Assembly: GCA_025558095.1 (NCBI GenBank)
Contig: JAIVFI010000026.1
Span: forward strand, 1 to 64,000
Direction: 5' to 3'
DNA from: Hyaloraphidium curvatum SAG 235-1
Lineage: Eukaryota > Fungi > Monoblepharomycota
Length of the DNA stretch: 64,000 nt
The notes beneath the pieces are model-generated. The model did no database searches. It was not told the DNA's origin and saw only the letters and a list, made by a program, of their open reading frames with translations. The translations under genes were made by a program, and so were the position numbers. Positions 56,672 to 64,000 of this stretch are shown here, one piece after another. Numbering within the stretch: position 1 is the first letter of the stretch; each line of letters starts with the position of its first letter.

Positions 56672-57941
56672 AAAGTCTATGCTTAAGAGTATAGTGGTCT
56701 TACTGACCGCAAGCATTTGCCAGTCCAGCGGGCGGTCCCGGGCCATGCAGCCAACACCAGTGGTTCACCCCTTTGGCGCCTTCCTGCCTCGGCTCCGGGC
56801 CTGGCTGCCCGAGTCGGGCTGTCACGGCGGGGTGGTGCAGGCCTGGAGTTGCTTCCACCCAATCAACGTGCGCGGGGCGAGGCTCGGCATCTGCGGTTGT
56901 CGCAGCCCCTCGACCGCTCCAGGCGCACCGATCCAGTCTCCATGGTTGACGGCCCCGAGAGCCGCCCGGAGCAGTCTCGGAGCCATCTCGACCGACCTGC
57001 GGGGGCGGCGACGATCGGCCTTCTTCGGGCCCTCATTGCTCGCCAGAATCCCTACCTCCGGGGCGTGGCAACGGACCGTTTTTTTTTCATAGTCCTCTTT
57101 GCCCCAGCACTGATGCGGCAATGCCGAATCGCCCGCCGGTCGAGAAAAGCCGAGATGCGACGGCGCCAGCGATTTGCCAGCATGCGAGAAATTGCCGCAA
57201 TGGTGCAATGGATTTGGCTGGCCACGGAGCACCCAGGGAGGCGGATAAGTGCTTAAAGGGACAGCCGGTACGGAAGCCCACGGATTGCACCCTGCTAGGG
57301 CTGAGATGAAAGCACGCGGACAGCTAAGCGTGATCTCCTACTCCTAGCTATAGTGTGGCATCCGGCCGTCCAGTTGGCAGAGCAGTGACTGGACTGAACC
57401 TGGAGGTGAGTCCCTTCGCCCAAAGTCAAACGGCCGCCCTCAGGCGAACATGCGCGCGATCCCGCCCTCCGTCGTGGACAAAGATTGCCGATGACGACGC
57501 CACCCGAGGCTCCGGGCTGCAGTCCACAAGATGACTCTGCGGGCCACAGTGACCGTCGCGCGGGAACCTTCCCGATTTCCGAAACGCATGGGCCGCCGTC
57601 CGCGGCAGCACATCGCGGGGTCTAATCGGCACAAGCAAGCGAAGGACACTGCGGATCCCGAGCTGGAAGATGTACACAAGGATCAGTCGTCTGGATGAAA
57701 TGTTGACCTATTCACGCAAGGGGCCCCTTGCCCGATGATGTCCCGCCGTCCGACCTCAGGTACGGCGGGCAGAGCAAACGACGGCCATCAAGCCCCTCCT
57801 CTGTCCGTCGCTGGCGTCCCCGGCGCGTTGCTTGCCGAACACGCGGTCCACCTCGCTATCCGGCAACCTCCCGGCAATGACCCACTGGCGACCAACGTCC
57901 GTGCGCACGCAGCGTCCCGGGTCCCGCTAAAGAGCATTCCT

Positions 57942-58060
57942 GGGGCTGTAGCTCAGCGGCACGAGCAGTGCGATTGCAAAGAATGCCTGAGTGGCAGAGC
58001 GGGCTGCAAAGAATGCCCGAGTGGCAGAGCGGGCTGGGCCAGGTTCCCGGATCACCGGAT
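57942..58060 (+). pseudogene. Degenerate tRNA-Cys copy with expanded intron-like insert
   Basis: ggggctgtagctcagcggcacgagcagtgcgattgcaaa-gaatgc... 5' half; decayed 3' half. Confidence 0.65.
57975..58034 (+). repeat. 30-bp tandem duplication
   Basis: tgcaaagaatgcc(t/c)gagtggcagagcgggc x2, one mismatch. Confidence 0.9.
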
Positions 58061-58460
58061 AGGAACGCGGGCTCTTGCTGGCTGCCAGGTATCAGTTGCC
58101 TCGGGTGCTGCATATCGACGTGAAATAGCTGTTAAAAACACGGATGTTTGAGGCTACCGTGCGCTAGGACGTCGCTCGCATTCCGTGCTTCTGAGCGCCT
58201 CAGGAGGCAGAGGCGTCGCGTGACTCGACGCTACGCGAAACAAAACCGGCAGTCCTCACAGCGCCGCCACCCTACCGCCACTCCGAATCAACTTAGGTCG
58301 ACATGATTCCAGACGTCGACGCCTACGGAGGCGCCCGGACGGTCGCCACGGGCTCCCGGGATTCGATGCAACGCCGCGACGCCGGCGACAACGGCGACCG
58401 CACCAGCGACGCTTCCCCGCCCGTAATCCCGACGAAATCCTCATCCACGTCGGAGATTTC

Positions 58461-59420
58461 ATGGAGCCCGGCTCGAAGCCGCTCCTTGAGCTCACGCTGG
58501 TTCGCCGCGGCATGCTGGATCTGCATGCTCGCGCCGAGGCTCTTCCTGGAGTTCCCGGCATCCGCCTCGGTTCTCAGAGGAGCGAGGACGATTCGCTGCG
58601 TATCATCGAGGTCTGGGAGCGTCAAGATCGTTTCCGGCACGTCCGACGCGTTTCGCTGGACGGTGAGCTTTTCGACGCCGTCGTTGGCCGGGTCCTCGGG
58701 CAGTGCCAGGAGGCGACCTCGGCGAGACTCATCTTCTGCACCGAAGAGGCAATCCGGGGCGCTCCTTCGCTGATGAAATGACTTGCCTGAACCTCTACAT
58801 GTGCGCCGAGTATCTGAGGCTCGCGTACCGGTTTGCCAAAAGCAAGCTGTCCGACCTGCCTGCGCTCCGATCGCTCGAGTACGAGGACCCGTGGTCCAAC
58901 CGGCTCATGGAGCTCTTTGCCGAACGGTGCCCGATGCTCGCGGACGTCGCCCTGAACCTCTGTTGGCTGCCCGAGGGCCTGGGCCCGCGGCCCGAGGCGT
59001 TCGTGCGCAAGGTGTCCGCGCGGATCGCCGTCCCAACGGACGTCACGCACGCCATGGCATCCGTGCCGGGCTTCGTCCCCCTGGTCATCCGGGACGTCCC
59101 CGCAGCGGAGGGCTCTTTCCTGTGTGTCGAGGAGCACCGGCTGGGGACCGTGTGGTAGAGCATCCGGAATCTCGGCTCCGTCGAGGAGATCGGCCTGTAG
59201 CGCCTGCGCTCCGGGTTCTTCGCCGGTTCCGAGCCCTTCCCGCGGAAGCCTGCCCCCACTCTGGTTTCCCAGTTCCATCCGGACGGATATTGCGCTGCGT
59301 CAGGTGGACCTGTTCGAAACGTCGGCGCGACTGAGGGCGGCCTGGTGCAGCAGCGAGGAAGGTCTCGGCGGGGTGATCGCCGCGCCATGGGACGCGTCAG
59401 GCGAAGACGTGCAGTGCTCA
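58461..59420 (+). pseudogene. Degenerate LRR/F-box-like gene
   Basis: LPALRSLEY, ERCPMLADV with in-frame TAG stops and frame breaks. Confidence 0.4.
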
Positions 59421-59662
59421 GTGATTTGTCGGAGTGAACAACGACGAGGGCCGAGATGGACCGGACCGTTCCATCCGCCCCCGGAACCTGGCCGGCGTGC
59501 CGTCCATCCGCTCTATCCCCGCTCGCTCCGAGTACATTTCCGCCCTCTCCGGCCCCCCTCCCCCCTCGTCGCTCTCTATCTTTCCTGGTGGTAGTTATGC
59601 CGCGCGCTCGCCCGCCCGCCCGCACGACCGGGTGGTCGGACGGGCCCGGGATCCGGCCGCCC

Positions 59663-61332
59663 TCATTTCTCCCTCCTCATCTCCCCGTCCCGCTCCCGCC
59701 CGCGCATCATCTCCTCGATAGAGGGGAGCAGGCTCTGCCTCTGCTGCTGCTGCTCCGGCTGCTGCAGCGCGGGAGCGGGGGGCAGCAGCCCGCCCCCCTG
59801 GCCCGGGTACGGCGGGAGCAGCGCGCCGGCCGCGGGAACCGGCGACCCCATGCCGACAGCCGGAGCAGCGTACGGCGGCGCGTACGGCTGCAGCCCCGCC
59901 GCGGCCGGCGGCACGGGAGAACCCGCGGCACCCGGGTACGGCTGGAGTCCCGCCGCGGCGGGCGCGACGGGCGAGCCGTACCCGCGCCCGCCCGACGCCC
60001 GTCCGGATCCGGAACCGCGCTCGGGCGTCCGCGGGGGATCGTTCGCGTGCGTCCGCTCGTGCTTGCGCAGGTCCTGCGGGCGCTTGAAGGCCTTGTCGCA
60101 CGCCTGCGGATCGCGGGCCGGTCAGCCATTCCAAAGCGAGGCGGCAAAGGAGCGGAACGCACCGCGCACCGCCACGGCTTGAGCCCCACATGCACCCTCG
60201 CGTGGCTCGTCACGTGGTCCCGCTTGGCGAACCTGGCCCCGGCCTGGCTCCCCGCGTGCGCGCACCCGTCCCACCAGCACCGCAGCGAGAGGTTGCCCGT
60301 GGACTTGCGGCCGACGTGCACGGTGCAGAGGTGCGCGTACAGCTCGTCCGGGGTCGCGAACGTGCGCAGGCACTTGGTCGGTGCCGGCGGGGGCGCGCCG
60401 AGTGGAGGGACGGGGGGGAAGGCGAGGGCGCCGTTGGTGATCCAGTGGCAGGTGTTTGCCGAGGACCATTCCGGGGATCCGGCGCCCGTGTTGTGCGGGG
60501 GGAGGTCGCCGGATGCCGAGGCCGATGCGGATGCGGAGGCGGAGGGGGAGGCGTCGCGCGCGGGGGGGCTGCCTGCGGCCGCGGGGGAGGGGGTTTCGAG
60601 GAGGTCCGAGATGGAGAGGCGCGCGGGGCGGGTTGAGGGCGCGGATGGGCCCGGGGGCGGGGCGTCGGAGCGCCGCTGGTGGTTGCTCGAAGGCGCCTGG
60701 CGGGGGGAGCGGGGCTCCGGCTTGGCGGGCTGGGCGGGGGCGGGCGGGTTGCCCTGCGGGGGCCACGCGAGGTACGGTGCCGCGCCGGGTCCCGGAACGG
60801 TCGGAACGTAGCCCCGCGGCCATCCCGGCACCGGCGCGGGGTACGGCGGGGCGTACGCGCCCGCGGGCGGGTAGGGCGACGCGCCGTCCCTGCGATCCCT
60901 CGCCGAGGAGCCTGGGCCGGTCCGCAAGGGACCGCCACCGCCCGGCTCCGGGGGCGCGAAAGCCGGTGACGGGTACGACGGGTAGGCCGGCGGGTATGCC
61001 GGGTAGTAGTGGTGCGGAGGCATGCCCGGCATTGGCGGCGGGTAGCCCGAGGTTGGGGCGGGTGAAGGTGCGGGGAAGGAGGCCGGGGGGGGGTGGAAGG
61101 GGTAGCCCGGGGGGGGCGGCGGCCAGCGCGGCGCGGCGTACCCCGGAGCGACCCAGCCGGAGCCCCAGGAGGCGGATGGCGGGTTGCCGGGCGGTGGCGC
61201 GGGGTACGGCGGGAACGGCGGCGGTTCGGGGAACGACCGGCCGGTGGGCCGCCCGGGCGCCCCGAGCGGCGGCTGCCCGGGCTCCGCCGGCGTCTGCCTG
61301 TCCGGCGCCCATCGTCCGTCGCCGTCCGCCAT
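59663..61332 (-). CDS. PacC/Rim101-like C2H2 zinc-finger transcription factor, one intron
   Basis: [59 protein letters not shown]. Confidence 0.88.
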
Positions 61333-62867
61333 TTTTCAGCGGCCGTTTGGGGCCGTCCGGCGCGTTCGCCGCACGTCCAGTGGGATCCGCTCACGCGCGC
61401 TCAGCGGCTACGGCCTCGGCATTCCGCGACCGCGGCCTCCGGCAGAGAGACGTCGCGTAACGGCGCCGCTGAGAGCGGGCCGCGAAGGGCGCGGGGGGCG
61501 AAGCCGCACAGTCCCCTCGGCCGCCTGGGCGCCAAGCCGTCCCCGCCCGCCCGCAGCCGCCCCGCCTTCGCCGCACCGTGCGCGCGCGCCGCGCCCTTCT
61601 GAGACCGCGCCGGCGCGCGTCGGTCGGCCCCGGCGCCCGTGGCCCGGCGCGGCCAGCGGCCCCCGTGCGTGCCCGACCGCCGGCGCCGCCCGTCCGCCCG
61701 CCCGCCGGGGTCCCGTTCCGCACGGTGCCGGTCCCGCGACGGCCGGCCTCGCCTCGGAGGCTGTCCTGCCGGCCGCAGTAGCCGGGTCACCAAATAGCCT
61801 CAACGAGGTCGAGTAGGATACGTGCGGGCTGAAGCGGTCGGGGCCCGACCAACAACCATCCGTGGCGAAAAACTCCCCGCCCGCCCTGCCGCCTCCCGCG
61901 GCCGCCAGGCTCCCGGACTCCCACCGCCGCACTGGGCACGCTCCCGTCCAGTTTCTCCGCCGGTGGGCGCCCCGGCGGCCCCGTCCCAACCGCTTGGAAG
62001 CGGCGAATGGTGGCAGCCAAGCCCATCCCCGGCGGATCGGCCACCGGCTTGCGCATGGCTTTGCACGGCAGCCGGGCCATCCGCGTTCAACCGGGCTATT
62101 CCGGACGCCGCTCTGGTCCCCGTGGCACGTTTTGTCCCACCAACAGCGCGGCTCCCCTCGCCCGCGGCCCGTCCCTAGGAGGTTTTTCCCGCCTTCGGGC
62201 AACAACCCCCGGCCCCGCCCATCCCGGCTCGCCAACCCCCAGGGCCCACGCCATCCACGTCTCCGACCCCTCTCCCGCCCAACCGACCCCCCGACCTGCC
62301 CCGCAGCCTCCCCTCCCCTCCCCGGCTGCCGCAGCCGCATTTGCCCGCCCTGGCTGCCGCGGCCACGCACTTCGCCACACCCCCCCCCCTTCCCACCCCC
62401 CTCCCTCCCCTCCCCGCCCTCGCAATCATCGGCGGCAAGCTACGCACGCGCCCGGGCGGCCCGGCACGGGCCCGGATGCGTCCGCCGTGCGGGGGCGGCG
62501 GTGCGCTGCCGCAGCATCCAGGGGGAGGTTGCCGCCGGAACCCGCCCGGCCGCGGTCCGCCTTGCCGCCCGGCTGGCTTGGCCTCCGATTACCCGGACGC
62601 TGCCGGCCGTTCGCGAGAACCGCCCCGCGGGCGGCGGTGGGGTCAAGGCACGGTGGACCCTCGGTGTCCCTTGGTCCCCTCAGCTCCCTCCGCCACACGG
62701 CACGTGAAATAACCGGGATATATTGCGGCCGCCCCCGCAGCGCCGCGAACGGATGACTAGATGCCCGGATGCCCAGACGACTAGAATGATATAGGACCCA
62801 GTTGCTCCCCCATGCAGCCGCGCTGCACGCTCCCCCGGCCCCCACCCTGTCCCCCCCACGGGACCAC

Positions 62868-64000
62868 TCACGCGACGGTAAAGTACAGCGGGTACGCCCT
62901 CCCCGCCTCCGAAAACTCGACGTCTGCGCACCCCGGGCGGCACACCGTTAGCTTCCCCCCTCACTGCGCCGCGCGACGCAAAAGGCACCCACAATCCTGC
63001 CACGCCACGTTCCCCTTGACGTCCCACGCCATGGCCACCAGCTCGTGGGCCCCCGGTGCCAGCTGCGCCGTGTCGAGCGCGAAGGAGCCGCCGTAGGTCA
63101 CGATGTTGCCCGGGAACATCACTTCGTGGACGACGGTGCCGTCCAGCGTCAGCTCGAAGCGGGCGAGGGGGACCGCGGAGCCCAGGGCGGTCACCGCGTT
63201 GCCCGGCCTGAGGCGGTACCGCACCTCCTGCATCCCCCTGGGCACCTGCGGCCCCGGCCGGAGGAGCAATTTGGGGAACAGCGGGTGCGTGGAGTCGACG
63301 GGCACGCACTCGCTCGTGAGATCGAGGGGGTTGGCCCGCTCGCACGGGACCTCGGTCGAGAAGTTGCCGACGGCGGTGATCTTCGCGAGGGGGCCCGCCG
63401 AGGTGGTGGTGGCGCGGGGGTGGAAGCTGGGGGGCAGGGCGGGGAACCACGTCGGTGCTGGATCGGGGGTTCGGTCAGCGGATGCACCGCGGCGGGGGGA
63501 GCGGAGGAGGTACCTCGCAGCTCGGCGTTGTCAGCGGGCGTCCCCGTCCTCGCGAAATCCAGCTCCAGGTGCGCGCCCGTGAGGAACCCGTCGTTGGCGA
63601 AGGAAAACCTGAACGTGTGGTTTCCCGGCGCCGCCAACGAAGCCGCGAGCGCCGCGTCCAGGTACAGCACAAAGTGGTTCGCCGGCGCCGACCTGTTCAT
63701 GGCGTCCGGGTACACGTTGGTGAAGTCCCTCCCAGCCCTCCAGAAGCTCCCGTTGAACACGGGGAGCACCGCCGTGCCGTCGACGAGGATGGTGTCGTTC
63801 TTGCTCCACGCGAGCGTGCCGTTGTCGGGCTGGAACCGGTACATGAACCTGCCCCCCCGCACCTGCCCCGGCGGCAGCGCGCCCGCCACCTGCACCGTGG
63901 CGACGCCGCCAAAGGACGAAAGCTGCTTCCACGAGGCATCGAGCTGCTCCCACGCGCGGAAGTTGCGCGTGACCGAATCCGGCGCGGGCCCGTCGAACCC
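62868..64000 (-). CDS. 3' part of a spliced gene with a C-terminal Ig-like (Big) domain
   Basis: LDTAQLAPGAHELVAMAWDVKGN motif; introns; runs off the window. Confidence 0.6.

Noticed and set aside
57355-57420. Hairpin with tRNA D-loop-like agttggcagagc
   Set aside because: No cloverleaf or T-loop could be built

Overview
GC-rich, gene-dense eukaryotic DNA with many short (~50-60 nt) GT-AG introns carrying CTGAC/CTAAC-like branch sites. Zn2Cys6 factors, a PacC-type zinc finger and hybrid histidine kinases point to a fungus, probably early-diverging (inference). Most long ORFs in the track are GC-driven shadow frames, and the real genes must be spliced. Top finding: a spliced PRXL2/SelenoU-like thioredoxin-fold gene (2922-2112, minus) absent as such from the ORF track. 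It starts ATG-GTC-TGA and has a canonical type II SECIS hairpin 40 nt after its stop (2071-1984). This makes it a candidate fungal selenoprotein with Sec at residue 3, while its usual U/CxxC site reads KxxC. Other highlights: a 1.3 kb mitochondrial insertion (cox2 5' end) splitting a DGAT2 pseudogene with a TACAT duplication; an inverted, duplicated two-gene cassette with a 572-bp identical core flanking ~13 kb; bacterial-type SixA, CotH and MFS genes; an internally deleted P450 relic; one intact tRNA-Cys with two degenerate intron-bearing copies. Housekeeping and other genes include Sec1, ALT, OYE, CYP, trypsin, CinA, SWEET, GH5 and F-box proteins. All calls come from manual reading; no searches were run.
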